A stretch of DNA of 57,840 nt from Thermoflexus hugenholtzii JAD2 (lineage in GTDB: Bacteria > Chloroflexota > Limnocylindria > Limnocylindrales > Limnocylindraceae), in assembly GCA_945862225.1 (NCBI GenBank), contig CAMAXG010000001.1, positions 1 to 57,840 on the forward strand, in the 5' to 3' direction. Shown in pieces: positions 28,149-39,034 of this stretch. Each line of letters opens with the position of its first letter. Position 1 is the first letter of the stretch. The notes beneath the pieces were generated by a model. It did not search any database and had not been told where the DNA came from. It was given only the letters and a program-made list of their open reading frames with translations. Both the position numbers and the translations under genes were made by a program.

Positions 28149-29456
28149 TTAGGCGCGGCGGAGAAGACGGTAGTCGCGGCGCCCCTTGCGCAGCAGGAGC
28201 GAGCCGTCGGCCAGCGGCGCAAACGAGGAGGCTGCCGCGGCGCCATCAGGCGCAGGGGCACCGTTGACACTCACGCCCCCCTGCTCAATCAGTCGACGCG
28301 CCTCACTCTTTGAGGTCGCAAGTCCGGCGGCGATCACCAAGTCAACCAGGTTCGCTTCAGCAGCGTCGGGTAGGCCGCTCGTTGGGAGCTCATTGGCCAA
28401 CATTGCCAGCGCATCACTGGTCAGCGCTCGCAGGTCGGGGGTGCCCCCTTCGCCGTCGCCGAAGAGTGCGTCAGCCACCGTTGCAGCGCGAGCCTCCACA
28501 TCGGCCCCGTGCACCATGCTCGTTACAGAGCGCGCGAGGTGGCGCTGGGCGCGACGGGCGGCAGGGTTCTCGGCGTGCCGCGCCATCAGGGCAGCGCTCT
28601 CAGTAACGCTCTCGAGGGTGAAGCGATGCAAAAGTGATGCGATCGACTCGTCGTCCTGCTCCATCCAGAACTGCCGGAAGGCGAATGGACTTGTTCGAGC
28701 GGGATCCAGCCAAACGGCACCCTCGGCGGTCTTGCCGAACTTCGCGCCACTCTTGGCGAGCAGCAGTGGGTAGCAGAGCCCAAACGCGTGCGGCGCACCA
28801 TCGGCGCTCTCGCCCTCGGTTCGTCGAATGAGCTCTGTTCCGGCCGTGATGTTCCCCCACTGGTCAGAGCCACCCATCTGCAACTCCACGCCGTGCAGTT
28901 TCCGCAACATCATGAAGTCGTAGCTTTGGAGCAGCATGTAGCTGAACTCGGTGAACGAGAGTCCGCCTTCGAGCCGTGTCTTTACGCTCTCCTTGGCGAG
29001 CATGTAGCCCACCGTGAGGTGCTTCCCCGTGTCGCGCAGGAAATCAATCAACCCGAGATCGCCAAGCCAACTGAGGTTGTCGAGCAGCAACGCGCCGCTC
29101 TTCCCCGAGAAGTCAACGAGATTCGCGAGCTGAGCGCCAATCGCAGCACGATTGTGGTCAAGCGTCGCCCGATCCAGAAGGTTGCGTTCGGCTGATCGCC
29201 CTGAAGGGTCGCCGATCATGCCGGTCCCGCCCCCAACGAGGGCAACTGGGCGGCCGCCGTGCAGTTGGAGTCGGCGTAGCGCAAGGACACCCATCAGGTG
29301 GCCAACATGAAGGGAATCGGCGCTCGGATCGAAGCCGATGTAGGCGCTGATTGCAGGGTCAGCAACAAGGCGCTGATCGAGCCCTGCGGTGACGTCGTGG
29401 ACGAGACCGCGCTCAGTGAAGTCGCGGAGGAGCTCTGAGGTCACAGGGTTCGCCAT
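28149..29456 (-). CDS. tyrS: Tyrosyl-tRNA synthetase
   Basis: HVGHL (HIGH) and KFGKT (KMSKS) motifs, C-terminal S4-like domain. Confidence 0.95.
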   Translation of the reverse strand: MANPVTSELLRDFTERGLVHDVTAGLDQRLVADPAISAYIGFDPSADSLHVGHLMGVLALRRLQLHGGRPVALVGGGTGMIGDPSGRSAERNLLDRATLDHNRAAIGAQLANLVDFSGKSGALLLDNLSWLGDLGLIDFLRDTGKHLTVGYMLAKESVKTRLEGGLSFTEFSYMLLQSYDFMMLRKLHGVELQMGGSDQWGNITAGTELIRRTEGESADGAPHAFGLCYPLLLAKSGAKFGKTAEGAVWLDPARTSPFAFRQFWMEQDDESIASLLHRFTLESVTESAALMARHAENPAARRAQRHLARSVTSMVHGADVEARAATVADALFGDGEGGTPDLRALTSDALAMLANELPTSGLPDAAEANLVDLVIAAGLATSKSEARRLIEQGGVSVNGAPAPDGAAAASSFAPLADGSLLLRKGRRDYRLLRRA

Positions 29457-29477
29457 GCGCCCTATGCTACCTTCATA

Positions 29478-32060
29478 GTGATGAACATGGCCTCGGGAAA
29501 CTCAACCCAGCGGAGCGGCCGCCCCCGAAAACGCCTACTTGGGGGGCTCTTCGCCCTCCTGCCAGTCGCCCTCCTCGGTGCCTGCCTCCTCATCGCCGCG
29601 ATCGCCTATGGCGGCACCATCGCGATCTATAGCGCGGTGGTTGCCGATCTCCCTGACCCGAAGGACCTCGACACCATCGTCCTGAACGAGAACACAACGG
29701 TCTACGACCGGACGGGCACCGTGCAGCTAGCCGCGTTCGGCTCCGATCGGCGCACCGAGGTTGACTTCGCCGATATCCCCAGCATTGTTCTCGACACCAC
29801 CACCGCCATCGAGGACAAAACCTACTGGGAGAACTCTGGCTTTGATCCGCTCGGCTTCGTGGCCGCCGCCCTCGACACCTTGGGTGGCTCAGGTCGAGGT
29901 GGCTCGACCATCACCCAGCAGCTCGTCCGCAGCGTGCTCCTCCCCGACTCAGCCTTCGAAGGGAGCGTCTACGAGCGTAAGGTAAAGGAGATCATTCAGG
30001 CGATCCGACTCACCAAAGAGTTCCCAGGTCGAGTTGGCAAGGAGAAGGTCATCGCCAAGTACCTCAATAACAACTACTACGGCTCGCGCTCGTACGGCGT
30101 TCTTACCGCGTCGCAGCAGTACTTCGGCAAGACGCTCGACCAGCTGACCCTGGGCGAAGCGGCTCTGCTCGCCGCTATCCCCCAAGCGCCGAGCACGTAC
30201 GACCTTCGTGAGAACGCGGTCGTTGGCGAGGACGGCGTTATTCGCGTGCCACTCGATTCCGCTGTGGCTAAGCGCCGAGGCGTCGTTTTGGATCTACTCA
30301 AGTCCGCCCGAGAGAGCGGCATTCCGCAGGAGACCGCCACCATCACCGACGCGGAGATTGAAGCCGCGCGAGCCGAAGAGATCATCCTCATCACCTCCCC
30401 CCTTGTTGAGATGAGCGCGCCGCACTTCGTCAACCGCGTACGTGACTTCCTCGTGGGGATCCTCTGCACAGACACCGAAGGGTGTCAGCAGCAGCTCGAT
30501 ACCGGCGGCTACAAGGTCATCTCCTCTCTCGACTGGGAGATGCAGCAGGCTGCTGAGAAGTGGGCCCTCTCGGTTCGCTCAACACAGATCAAAGACTACA
30601 AAGCGTATTTAACATCCATCGGCATCAAGCCGACAAAGTGGCTGCAAGCCATTCATGGCTTGTCGATTAACAATGCCGCAGTTGCTACTCTTGATGCACG
30701 AACGGGTGAAATCTTGGCCTATGCGGGCTCAGCGGACTACTACGGTGAAGCCAACGGCACCCTCTTCCAACCTGAATACGACGTGCTGAGCGGCTATCGT
30801 CAGCCCGGAAGTGCGATCAAGCCAATAACCTACGGCTATGCGCTGGAAGATCGCGCGATCACGGCCGCCACAATCTTGATGGACGTTCCGGTTGATTTTG
30901 GCCAGGGGTGGACCCCAGCCGGCTCTGATGGCCTCGAGCGTGGCCCGGTACGGATGCGACAAGCGCTGCAGGGCTCTCTAAATGTGCCCGCAATCAAGGC
31001 GATTATTCGCGCGGGCGCGGACCGCATTTGGCGCAAGATGCGTGATGGTGCGTTCACCTTCCAGAACAACAGCGAGAATGTTGCTGGCGCTTCGCTCGCG
31101 ATCGGCACCTTGGAGATCCGATATGTTGACCTTCTCTCGGCATATGGTGCGCTCGCGAATGAAGGGAAGATGGCTGATCGCCGCTACATTCTGCGCATTG
31201 AAGACCGCGATGGAGCGGTGATCTGGGAAGCCCCTTCGGTCATTGACAGCACTCGTCAAATCTTTGCAGAGGAGACTGCGGCGCTGATGACTGACATCAT
31301 TGCGGGCAACACTGATCCAGCGGTCAACCCTGTTTGGGCAAGCCGGAAGATTGTTGCCAACGGCGGCAAGCGCCGCCCTGCGGCATTCAAAACAGGTACG
31401 ACAGACCAAACGAAGGACTTAACAGCATTCGGCTACCTTGCCGCCCCAAGTGACCCAACTGCACAACATCTCGTTACTGGGGCTTGGATGGGTAACTCCG
31501 ATGCGACCTCCGCCAACGCCTACGCCCGCGACTCTGCGGGGGGCCTCTGGCAGTCCTACTTCACACAAATCTCCTCCAACCTGCCTATCGCCAGCTTTGC
31601 GAAGCCGGCAGGCCTAGAGCAAGTCACTATTGATGCCCACACGGGCGAACTTCCGGGTGCCTGCACGACTCGAACCGCTGTCGAGTATTTCTATCCCGGA
31701 ACCGCGCCCACTACGTCATGCAGCACGACGAGCCTTTTGGCCATTGATAGCGCCACTGGTCTGCTCTGGGCAGATGGTTGTGCAGGTACCCGCATTGAGG
31801 CAAGTTACTTGAACCTGGGCAGCCTCGAATCACAGTGGCCGAAGTGGCAGGCTGCAAACCTTGAGTGGATCGAACGCGCCCGGCTGGGAGTCGGGATCGT
31901 AGGCGGGGCGCGCGGTGGAAAGACTGAGTATTTTTATGCATCGTACTGGCGGCCAAATGGCGCAACGTGGGGTGGAACGATCGCCCCTACCCTCTCCTGC
32001 CTCTCAGCGACAGCCAGTCCTTCGCCAACTCCATCACCAACACCGAGTACCTCTCCGTAG
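29478..32060 (+). CDS. Class A penicillin-binding protein (transglycosylase/transpeptidase, PBP1A-like)
   Basis: N-terminal TM anchor. GT51 motifs EDKTYWENSGFD and GGSTITQQL. TPase motifs SAIKP and KTGTT. Pro/Ser/Thr-rich tail. Confidence 0.85.
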   Translation: MMNMASGNSTQRSGRPRKRLLGGLFALLPVALLGACLLIAAIAYGGTIAIYSAVVADLPDPKDLDTIVLNENTTVYDRTGTVQLAAFGSDRRTEVDFADIPSIVLDTTTAIEDKTYWENSGFDPLGFVAAALDTLGGSGRGGSTITQQLVRSVLLPDSAFEGSVYERKVKEIIQAIRLTKEFPGRVGKEKVIAKYLNNNYYGSRSYGVLTASQQYFGKTLDQLTLGEAALLAAIPQAPSTYDLRENAVVGEDGVIRVPLDSAVAKRRGVVLDLLKSARESGIPQETATITDAEIEAARAEEIILITSPLVEMSAPHFVNRVRDFLVGILCTDTEGCQQQLDTGGYKVISSLDWEMQQAAEKWALSVRSTQIKDYKAYLTSIGIKPTKWLQAIHGLSINNAAVATLDARTGEILAYAGSADYYGEANGTLFQPEYDVLSGYRQPGSAIKPITYGYALEDRAITAATILMDVPVDFGQGWTPAGSDGLERGPVRMRQALQGSLNVPAIKAIIRAGADRIWRKMRDGAFTFQNNSENVAGASLAIGTLEIRYVDLLSAYGALANEGKMADRRYILRIEDRDGAVIWEAPSVIDSTRQIFAEETAALMTDIIAGNTDPAVNPVWASRKIVANGGKRRPAAFKTGTTDQTKDLTAFGYLAAPSDPTAQHLVTGAWMGNSDATSANAYARDSAGGLWQSYFTQISSNLPIASFAKPAGLEQVTIDAHTGELPGACTTRTAVEYFYPGTAPTTSCSTTSLLAIDSATGLLWADGCAGTRIEASYLNLGSLESQWPKWQAANLEWIERARLGVGIVGGARGGKTEYFYASYWRPNGATWGGTIAPTLSCLSATASPSPTPSPTPSTSP

Positions 32061-32068
32061 CGTTCGCT

Positions 32069-34408
32069 CTACAAGAGCGCGAGAGTTACCCCTTCGCGGC
32101 CAGGCTCATCAGCCGTACGCACCTCGCGTACCTCAGGTAGTTCTCGCAGCTTGCGACGGACCGCGTCGCGTAACGCGCCAGTCCCAACGCCATGGATGAT
32201 TTCCAGCTGATCCCCGCCTGCCAGCAGCACGGCGCTGATTCGCGCCTCAAGCGCTACCAGCGCATCCTCAACGCGAGCGCCGCGGAGATCGAGCTTTGCC
32301 GCAGCCAAGGATCCAGTCGAGCGGACTGCAGAGTGCGGGGCCGACTTGGCTGGCGCAAGGATCTTGCTGATCTCTGCGACCGGCATTGAGCTGCGCATAC
32401 GGCCGAGCGCAACTGTTGCACTGGCTCCATCGACGGCAAGCAGCGTGCCGCGCGCACCCGAGCGAAGCACCACATCACTCCCGATGGACGCTAGCAACGC
32501 CGAGGAGGATGGTCCTCCGCTCGCGTCTTGCTCATCGGTCAGTGACGCGGCTGCGCCAGCGGCTACTGCCTGCTGTAGATCCGTTGCGACAGCGAGGGCC
32601 TCTGGTGTGAGGCTGCCCGACTCAAGTGCCGCTCGCAGCTGCTCAACGCGCAGCAGAATTGATGCTGCGGCCTCCCGTGCCTCTGCTGTTGCGGTTTGTC
32701 GTGCTTCAAGCGCCCCTCGCTCCGTCGCCCGGCGAAGTTCAACGGCTTGTGCAAGTGAGTCCGCTGCACGCTCCTGCAGCCCCTCTGCCACCTGGCGTGC
32801 GTCGCGCGCCGCTCGCTCGGCCTCCGCCGCGGCAGCGAGCGCGGCATCGAGTGTGGCCCCTTGGTCGCTCCGACGCGCCTGCGCGGCATCTAGGAGCGCC
32901 TGTGGCAAACCGAGACGTGCTGCGATCGCGAATGCCTGGGACCCCCCTGGCGCACCAACTTCGAGGCGATAGGTTGGCGCAAGGGTTGCGAGATCGAATG
33001 CCACAGAGCCATTGACCACACCTGGTGTGACATGCGCGTACTGCTTGAGTTCCGCGTAGTGGCTCGTGGCCAACACGCGACAACCTCGGAGTCGAAGCTC
33101 GTCAATGATGGCGGCCGCGAGCGCAGCCCCCTCCGCTGGATCGGTCCCCGCCCCAGCCTCGTCGAGAAGCACGACGTCGCCGGAGACCGCGCCAAGCAGG
33201 ATGCGCTGAATCGAGGTGAGGTGACCAGAGAAGGTGCTGAGACTCTGTGCAATGGATTGATCATCACCAATGTCAGCCCAGACGTTCCCCGTTGGGGGCA
33301 CCGCTGATCCGAACCCGCTCGGAATCGGTAGACCGGCGTGGTGCATCGCCGTAAGCAGACCCACCGCCTTCAGTGCCACCGTTTTGCCACCCGTGTTGGG
33401 CCCGGTGATCACAAGCACGCGACGCTCAACGTCAAGGTGCAAGCTCATCGGCACTACTGGGGGTGTGAGGAGTGGGTGGCTCGCCTCCGTTAGTCGTAGA
33501 TCCCCATCTGGAGCATCGTCGGCATAGAGCCAGTTCCGATCACGAGCTACATCGGCAACTGCGCGTGCGAGATCGAAGAGTGCGAGGAGTTCACCATTGG
33601 ATCGGAGAGCTACCGCGTCGGCGCCAACGAGCGCTGAGAGCGCTCCAAGAATTCGAGCCTCTTCCGTCGCAACAGCCGCCTCAGACTCTCGCACGGCATT
33701 CCCGAGATCAACCACCTCGAGGGGCTCGATCCAGACTGTTTGCCCGGTCGCACTGGCGTCGTGCACGATCCCTGGAACACGTGACTTCCACTCTGAGCGC
33801 ACTGGCAGCACATAGCGACCGTTGCGCACCGTGACGATCGGCTCTTGGAGGTAGGGGCTGTAGTTCTTCGCATGGGCCAGCGTCTCGAGCCGGGTTCGGA
33901 GTCGCTCGAGGCTGGTTCGGTGGAGTGCGCGCAGCCCACCAAGAAGCGGTGATGCGGCATCAAGAATCGAGCCGTCGGGAGCGATGGCACGTTCGATCGA
34001 ACTGCGCAGCGGTCGGAGCGGGGTTAGTGCAGCACCGAGGGCGCTGAGCGTTGGGCCTGACCCAGCCACATCGCTGGAGATGCGCTCAACGACGCGAAGT
34101 GTCTCGCTGATCGCAAAGAGCGCAGGGCCATCCAGAGTGCCCCCTTTCGCACCGCGCTCTGCGGCTGGCTCCAAGTCGCTCGCTCCGCCGATGTGCGGAT
34201 CCCCCCCATCTCGCCGTAGCTCCGCAATCTCACGACCAAGGGCTCGCAGGGTTGGAAGGCTCCCGCCGCGGTCTGTAGGACGGAGCTCCGTAGCGAGCGT
34301 GCGAGACGGGGCAAAGGCACATGCTTCGGAGAGGATCTCAAGGAGTGCAGCCCACTCGAGGCGCACCAGGGAGCGCTCGTCGTACGGCCGTCCTCCTGCC
34401 CGATTCAC
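32069..34408 (-). CDS. mutS2: Endonuclease MutS2 (with C-terminal Smr domain)
   Basis: ITGPNTGGKT Walker A, LLDEAGAGTDP, C-terminal Smr (LDLRGARVEDAL...IIHGVGTGALR). Confidence 0.9.
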   Translation of the reverse strand: MNRAGGRPYDERSLVRLEWAALLEILSEACAFAPSRTLATELRPTDRGGSLPTLRALGREIAELRRDGGDPHIGGASDLEPAAERGAKGGTLDGPALFAISETLRVVERISSDVAGSGPTLSALGAALTPLRPLRSSIERAIAPDGSILDAASPLLGGLRALHRTSLERLRTRLETLAHAKNYSPYLQEPIVTVRNGRYVLPVRSEWKSRVPGIVHDASATGQTVWIEPLEVVDLGNAVRESEAAVATEEARILGALSALVGADAVALRSNGELLALFDLARAVADVARDRNWLYADDAPDGDLRLTEASHPLLTPPVVPMSLHLDVERRVLVITGPNTGGKTVALKAVGLLTAMHHAGLPIPSGFGSAVPPTGNVWADIGDDQSIAQSLSTFSGHLTSIQRILLGAVSGDVVLLDEAGAGTDPAEGAALAAAIIDELRLRGCRVLATSHYAELKQYAHVTPGVVNGSVAFDLATLAPTYRLEVGAPGGSQAFAIAARLGLPQALLDAAQARRSDQGATLDAALAAAAEAERAARDARQVAEGLQERAADSLAQAVELRRATERGALEARQTATAEAREAAASILLRVEQLRAALESGSLTPEALAVATDLQQAVAAGAAASLTDEQDASGGPSSSALLASIGSDVVLRSGARGTLLAVDGASATVALGRMRSSMPVAEISKILAPAKSAPHSAVRSTGSLAAAKLDLRGARVEDALVALEARISAVLLAGGDQLEIIHGVGTGALRDAVRRKLRELPEVREVRTADEPGREGVTLALL

Positions 34409-34956
34409 GGAACGAGGAGTGCGCGCAGGCCTTCTGGAAGGAGTCCGCCGAATAGCTGGCCGGCAATTGGGTAGATCAGGCTACGAATCACTTCGGACGA
34501 TTGTGCGGTTGTGATCGCGGTTGCGACCTCGCTCAGCGGTGACGGCAACGGGAAGTTCACCGAGGCCGCGGCATCCAACACAAAGACAAGGGCGGCAATC
34601 GCCACGCTCCACTGCAGCAGGCCGAATACCGCCCCAAGCGCCGTGTCGACTGGTCCTAGGTGTATCGCGCGCAACGAGGCTTGCAGCAGGCGACCGATCA
34701 GATAGGAGGCGATGGCCAAAAGGATCCAAATCCCACCGATGAAGATGCCGAGCCCAATGAGGCGCGTATCCACGTCGGGGAAGATCTGAGCAATGAACGC
34801 GGTGATGGCACTCTGCCCCTGTGCGCTGATGATCAGCCCGAGGGCGAGTGCGACGAGAGACACCGCGCTCCGTGCCGCTCCGGTACGTCCCCCACTCCAC
34901 GCTGCAAGGACGAGGAGCACTACGACGACAAGATCGACCAAGACGGTCGCGCTCAT
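34405..34956 (-). CDS. cvpA: CvpA family membrane protein
   Basis: 183-aa polytopic membrane protein. 4-nt overlaps with pheT and mutS2. Its position between pheT and mutS2 matches Bacillus-type synteny. Confidence 0.6.
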   Translation of the reverse strand: MSATVLVDLVVVVLLVLAAWSGGRTGAARSAVSLVALALGLIISAQGQSAITAFIAQIFPDVDTRLIGLGIFIGGIWILLAIASYLIGRLLQASLRAIHLGPVDTALGAVFGLLQWSVAIAALVFVLDAAASVNFPLPSPLSEVATAITTAQSSEVIRSLIYPIAGQLFGGLLPEGLRALLVP

Positions 34957-37430
34957 TGCCCCTCGACGCCGCGAATGCGTGCCCCACAGGCACGGAGCAC
35001 CGCGCCCTCAAAGGCGGTGAGCTCAGCAGCAATCGCCTCATCATCTGCGCCGGTTGCGCTCGGTTGGAAGGTGAAGCGGAGGCCAGCTGAACGTTCCCCT
35101 GGAGCGAGCGGTGCCCCAGCGAAGAGGTCGAACAGTTCCACGTTAGTCGCCCGTGATACGGCGCTTCGTGCGACCGCAACCACCTGGCCCACCGTGGCTG
35201 CTGCGGGGATGAGAAGGGCCACATCGCGCGTAACCGGAGGTGTGGCCGGCGGCAGCGCAATCTGAGCGGTCTCGACGCGCCCTGCGCGTAGCCCAGCGAT
35301 GGCGACCTCGGCAAGCAGAATGCGTGGCTCATCGCGCCAGATCGGCGACGCCGGATGGAGCTCCCCGAGAACGCCGGCGATTCGATCACCCGTGATCACA
35401 GCGTTGATGCCAGGGTGAAGGACGGCTGATTCAATCGACGATCCGTATGCTGGTCGCTCTCCGACAAGGTGGGCAACCTGAGCAAGAAGTCGCTTCAGTT
35501 CATCGAGGTTCCACGCCGTCGCACCCACGCTCGGCGCACCCTGCTCACGATCTCCCCATACCGCGACGGCAAGACGAGTCCACTCTGATGGCGCGCCCTT
35601 CGTGCTGCCGTACCCACGACCGACTTCAAAGATCGCGCCCGAGGTTGCGCCGTAGCGAAGATTGGCATCCACACGATCGAGCAAGCTCGGCAGGAGGGAC
35701 TGACGAAGCCGATCGTGATCCGCGGAAAGCGGATTCTGCAACACGATTGACGCGCCGCCCGCGGAACCTTCCGATGCAGCCAGTGGTCCGGTAACGATTG
35801 AGGCGGGTTCACTCCAGAGCTCAGCCTGTGCAGCCGACACCAGCGCGTGGGTGACAACCTCGTGCAGCCCAGCATCCGCAAGGAGACGGCGCACGCGGTC
35901 ACGGAGCAACGTTGGGCTTGGTCGATGGGAGGGCAGGTCGGCGCTCGGAACTGAGGTTGGGATGCGCTCGTAGCCGTACAGGCGGGCAACCTCTTCGGCA
36001 AGGTCTGCCTCAATCTCGAGATCGCTACGCCAACTTGGCACGCGCACGGCCCGCGCGCTCCCCTTCTCGGCCGAGACGGAACGCTTCGGTGTAACGGCGA
36101 TCTTCGTTGCATCAGCCGCAGGGTCTGCGTTGATGCCGATTGAGCTGAGTAGCGCAACCTGTTCGTCGTCACTGAGTGCGACGCCAAGCAGGGCACGAAC
36201 ACGGGACGGCCGGAAATTCAACGTGGTCGCAGGGGCCTCCTCAGCACCGGTGACCAGGCGACCTGTTTGGGCCACGCCGCAAGCCCACTCTGTGAGGAGC
36301 GCAGCAACCTGGTCAGCGCCGAGCGTTGCGAGGCGGCGCTCTTGGCCGCGCTCAAAGCGATGTGACGCCTCAGAGCGCAGGCTGTGTCGCTGCGCGGAGC
36401 GGCGTACTGAGGTTGGGGCAAAGATGGCGCTCTCAATGATCACGCTCGAGGTGGACGGTGAAACCTCACTGCTCGCACCCCCCATCACACCGGCAAGGGC
36501 GAGGGCGGCGCGTTCGTCGGCTACGACGAGATCAGTCGCATCAAGGTTCCGCACCTCGTGGTCAAGCGTCTCGAGGCTCTCCCCCTTCTTGGCGAGGCGA
36601 ATTTGTACGGTCTCGCCAACCTTCGCGCGATCAAATGCGTGGGTTGGCTTACCGAGCTCCAACATGATGTAGTTGGTAGCGTCGACGACGTTTGAGATAG
36701 AGCGCAGCCCCGCCGCCTTAAGGCGCATCTGCACGCGATCTGGCGATGCGGCGACCTTGACGCCGTCCACGACACGCAGGACCACGTGCGGCGCTAGTGC
36801 CTCATCTGCAACGCGCAGGGCCAGCCCTGCACCCACGGCATCAGCCCCCTCTTTGAGCGGTCGAGCTGCGTAGGCCACCGGTGCGCCGGTGATCGCCCCT
36901 ACCTCGCGAGCTAGTCCCAAGATTGAGAGGAGATCGCCGCGGTTCGGCTTGACGTCGACATCAATGACGTCCTCGCCCAGGTAATCAACAAGCGGGGTTC
37001 CAAGGGGTGCGGATGAATCAAGGATGAGGATGCCGTCGCCGTCGTCGGTTGCGTCGAGCTCTTGGCCGGAGCAGAGCATCCCCTCTGAGGCGATCCCCAT
37101 CTTCTCGGCGCGCTCAATGCGTCGGCCGTCAGGCATCTCGGCACCAACAAGCGCCACCGGGATGCGCTGTCCGGCGGCAATATTGCGAGCGCCGCAGACA
37201 ATGTTGAGGATTGGGCCATCGCCAATGCGGACCTTCGTCAGCTGAAGACGATCAGCCTTTGGATGCGGCGCGACTTCAAGTAGCTCGCCGATGACCATCT
37301 TGTTCCAGTTCGCGCCCCAGCGCTCAACCCCGCGAACCTCAAGGCCACGCAGGGTGAGCGCGTCGGCCAACTGCTCAGCGGTGAGCTGGACGTCGGTGAA
37401 CTCGCGGAGCCAGGAGAGCGGAATCTTCAT
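34953..37430 (-). CDS. pheT: Phenylalanyl-tRNA synthetase beta subunit
   Basis: MKIPLSWLREF signature N-terminus, 825 aa, 4-nt overlap with pheS. Confidence 0.95.
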   Translation of the reverse strand: MKIPLSWLREFTDVQLTAEQLADALTLRGLEVRGVERWGANWNKMVIGELLEVAPHPKADRLQLTKVRIGDGPILNIVCGARNIAAGQRIPVALVGAEMPDGRRIERAEKMGIASEGMLCSGQELDATDDGDGILILDSSAPLGTPLVDYLGEDVIDVDVKPNRGDLLSILGLAREVGAITGAPVAYAARPLKEGADAVGAGLALRVADEALAPHVVLRVVDGVKVAASPDRVQMRLKAAGLRSISNVVDATNYIMLELGKPTHAFDRAKVGETVQIRLAKKGESLETLDHEVRNLDATDLVVADERAALALAGVMGGASSEVSPSTSSVIIESAIFAPTSVRRSAQRHSLRSEASHRFERGQERRLATLGADQVAALLTEWACGVAQTGRLVTGAEEAPATTLNFRPSRVRALLGVALSDDEQVALLSSIGINADPAADATKIAVTPKRSVSAEKGSARAVRVPSWRSDLEIEADLAEEVARLYGYERIPTSVPSADLPSHRPSPTLLRDRVRRLLADAGLHEVVTHALVSAAQAELWSEPASIVTGPLAASEGSAGGASIVLQNPLSADHDRLRQSLLPSLLDRVDANLRYGATSGAIFEVGRGYGSTKGAPSEWTRLAVAVWGDREQGAPSVGATAWNLDELKRLLAQVAHLVGERPAYGSSIESAVLHPGINAVITGDRIAGVLGELHPASPIWRDEPRILLAEVAIAGLRAGRVETAQIALPPATPPVTRDVALLIPAAATVGQVVAVARSAVSRATNVELFDLFAGAPLAPGERSAGLRFTFQPSATGADDEAIAAELTAFEGAVLRACGARIRGVEGQ

Positions 37431-38440
37431 CGGAATCCCGCCAAGAAGCGCAGGTCGTTCTCAAGGAAGGCGCGAAGGTCAGGGATGCCGTGTCGCAACA
37501 TCGCGATGCGCTCAACGCCGAGGCCGAAGGCAAAACCCTGATGAGTCTCTGGATCGATGCCGCCGTTCTCCAAGACAACGGGGTGCACCATGCCAGCGCC
37601 AAGAATGGTCATCCAACCGTCTTTGCTGCCTGGCCACGAGACGTCAACGGCGACAGATGGCTCGGTGAATGGGTAATACCCTGGTCGGAACCGTGTGCGA
37701 GCGGCAGAACCGAAGAGACCCTTCGCCAACTCGTCGAGGATCCCCTTCAGGTCGGCGAGCGTTGCGCCACGGTCAACAAGCAACCCTTCGACCTGATGGA
37801 ACTCAAAGCCGTGGCTCGCATCGACCGCCTCGTAGCGGAAGCAGCGCCCCGGAAGAATGACGCGGATCGGCGGGCCACCAGCCTGCATCGTCCGGATCTG
37901 TCCTGGCGACGTATGTGTGCGCAGCAGTCGTCCTGGCTCCTGCAGGTAGAGCGTGTCCCAAAGGTCGCGCGACGGGTGATCCTCTGGAATGTTCAGCAAC
38001 TGGAAGTTCGTCACATCGTCTTCAATCTCTTGCCCTTCGGAAACGACAAAGCCGAACGACGCCATGATCTCGGCGATCGCCGCGATCGTCTCAGGGATTG
38101 GATGCAGTGAGCCGATGCGCGGGGCTGGGCCAGGTGTCGTTGCATCGACGCGCTCCCGCTCAATGCGCTCCAGAAGCTCACCAGCCGAGAGCGCGACGCG
38201 TCGGGCCGTGACAGAAGCATCAATCGCGGCGCGCACCTCATTGGCAACGACGCCAATCTTGGGGCGATCGTCGGCCGGAAGGGCGCCAATCCCACGGAGG
38301 ATTTCGGTGATTGCGCCCCGCTTCCCGAGGAGCGACGAGCCAAGCTCATCGAGCTCTGCGGTAGATGCGGCGGCAGAGATGCGCGTTGCGGCGTCAGCCT
38401 GCAGTGTGCGGAGTTGCTTCTCGAGCGCTGCGAGGTCCAC
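37427..38440 (-). CDS. pheS: Phenylalanyl-tRNA synthetase alpha subunit
   Basis: Class II motifs (HPSRDLWDT, FRYEAVDASH, GFAFGLGVERIAM). Confidence 0.95.
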   Translation of the reverse strand: MDLAALEKQLRTLQADAATRISAAASTAELDELGSSLLGKRGAITEILRGIGALPADDRPKIGVVANEVRAAIDASVTARRVALSAGELLERIERERVDATTPGPAPRIGSLHPIPETIAAIAEIMASFGFVVSEGQEIEDDVTNFQLLNIPEDHPSRDLWDTLYLQEPGRLLRTHTSPGQIRTMQAGGPPIRVILPGRCFRYEAVDASHGFEFHQVEGLLVDRGATLADLKGILDELAKGLFGSAARTRFRPGYYPFTEPSVAVDVSWPGSKDGWMTILGAGMVHPVVLENGGIDPETHQGFAFGLGVERIAMLRHGIPDLRAFLENDLRFLAGFR

Positions 38441-38458
38441 TACCGCGGACCGAAAGGG

Positions 38459-38809
38459 CTAGGCGCGCTTCGCTGCGACCGCGACCGCCGTGAATGCCGC
38501 GGCATCGCGAACAGCGAGGTCGGCCAACATCTTGCGGTCAATCGCAATGTTATTGCGCTTGAGCCCAGCGATGAACTGCGAATAGGAGATGCCGTTAAGT
38601 CGTGCCGCCGCGTTGACGCGGTGGATCCACAACTCACGCATCTGGCGCTTGCGCTGCTGTCGGTCTCGCGTTGCGTAGGCAAGGGCGTGAAGCAGGGCCT
38701 CGCGCGCTGGACGAATGAGCTTGTGTCGTGAGCCACGTCGCCCCTCAGCAGCCTGAAGCAGGCGCTTATGGCGCTTGTGACCGGCAACTCCGCGCTTTAC
38801 TCGTGCCAT
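38459..38809 (-). CDS. rplT: 50S ribosomal protein L20
   Basis: [18 protein letters not shown]... Confidence 0.95.
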   Translation of the reverse strand: MARVKRGVAGHKRHKRLLQAAEGRRGSRHKLIRPAREALLHALAYATRDRQQRKRQMRELWIHRVNAAARLNGISYSQFIAGLKRNNIAIDRKMLADLAVRDAAAFTAVAVAAKRA

Positions 38810-38831
38810 CTTCTACTCCTCTCGCTGTCGC

Positions 38832-39032
38832 TCAGCCGCCGTACGGCAGCAGGCGGGAAATCTGATTCTTGTGGGTGGTGCCGAGGACGGCCTTCCCCGC
38901 GTAGCGGCGGATGCGGCGGGACGACTTGATTTCAAGGTGGTGGCCACGCCACGACTTCACGCGGATCGGCTTCCCTGAGCCGGTGAATCCGATGCGCTTC
39001 TGCGCGCCCTTGTGTGTCTTCATCTTTGGCAT
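38832..39032 (-). CDS. rpmI: 50S ribosomal protein L35
   Basis: MPKMKTHKGAQKRI... Confidence 0.9.
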   Translation of the reverse strand: MPKMKTHKGAQKRIGFTGSGKPIRVKSWRGHHLEIKSSRRIRRYAGKAVLGTTHKNQISRLLPYGG

Positions 39033-39034
39033 GG

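Noticed and set aside
29457-29477. T-box riboswitch leaders for tyrS, and likewise for thrS (41526-41556) and pheS (38441-38458).
   Set aside because: The upstream spacers are only 18-31 nt, far too short for a T-box leader of about 200 nt. No specifier or T-box sequence was seen.
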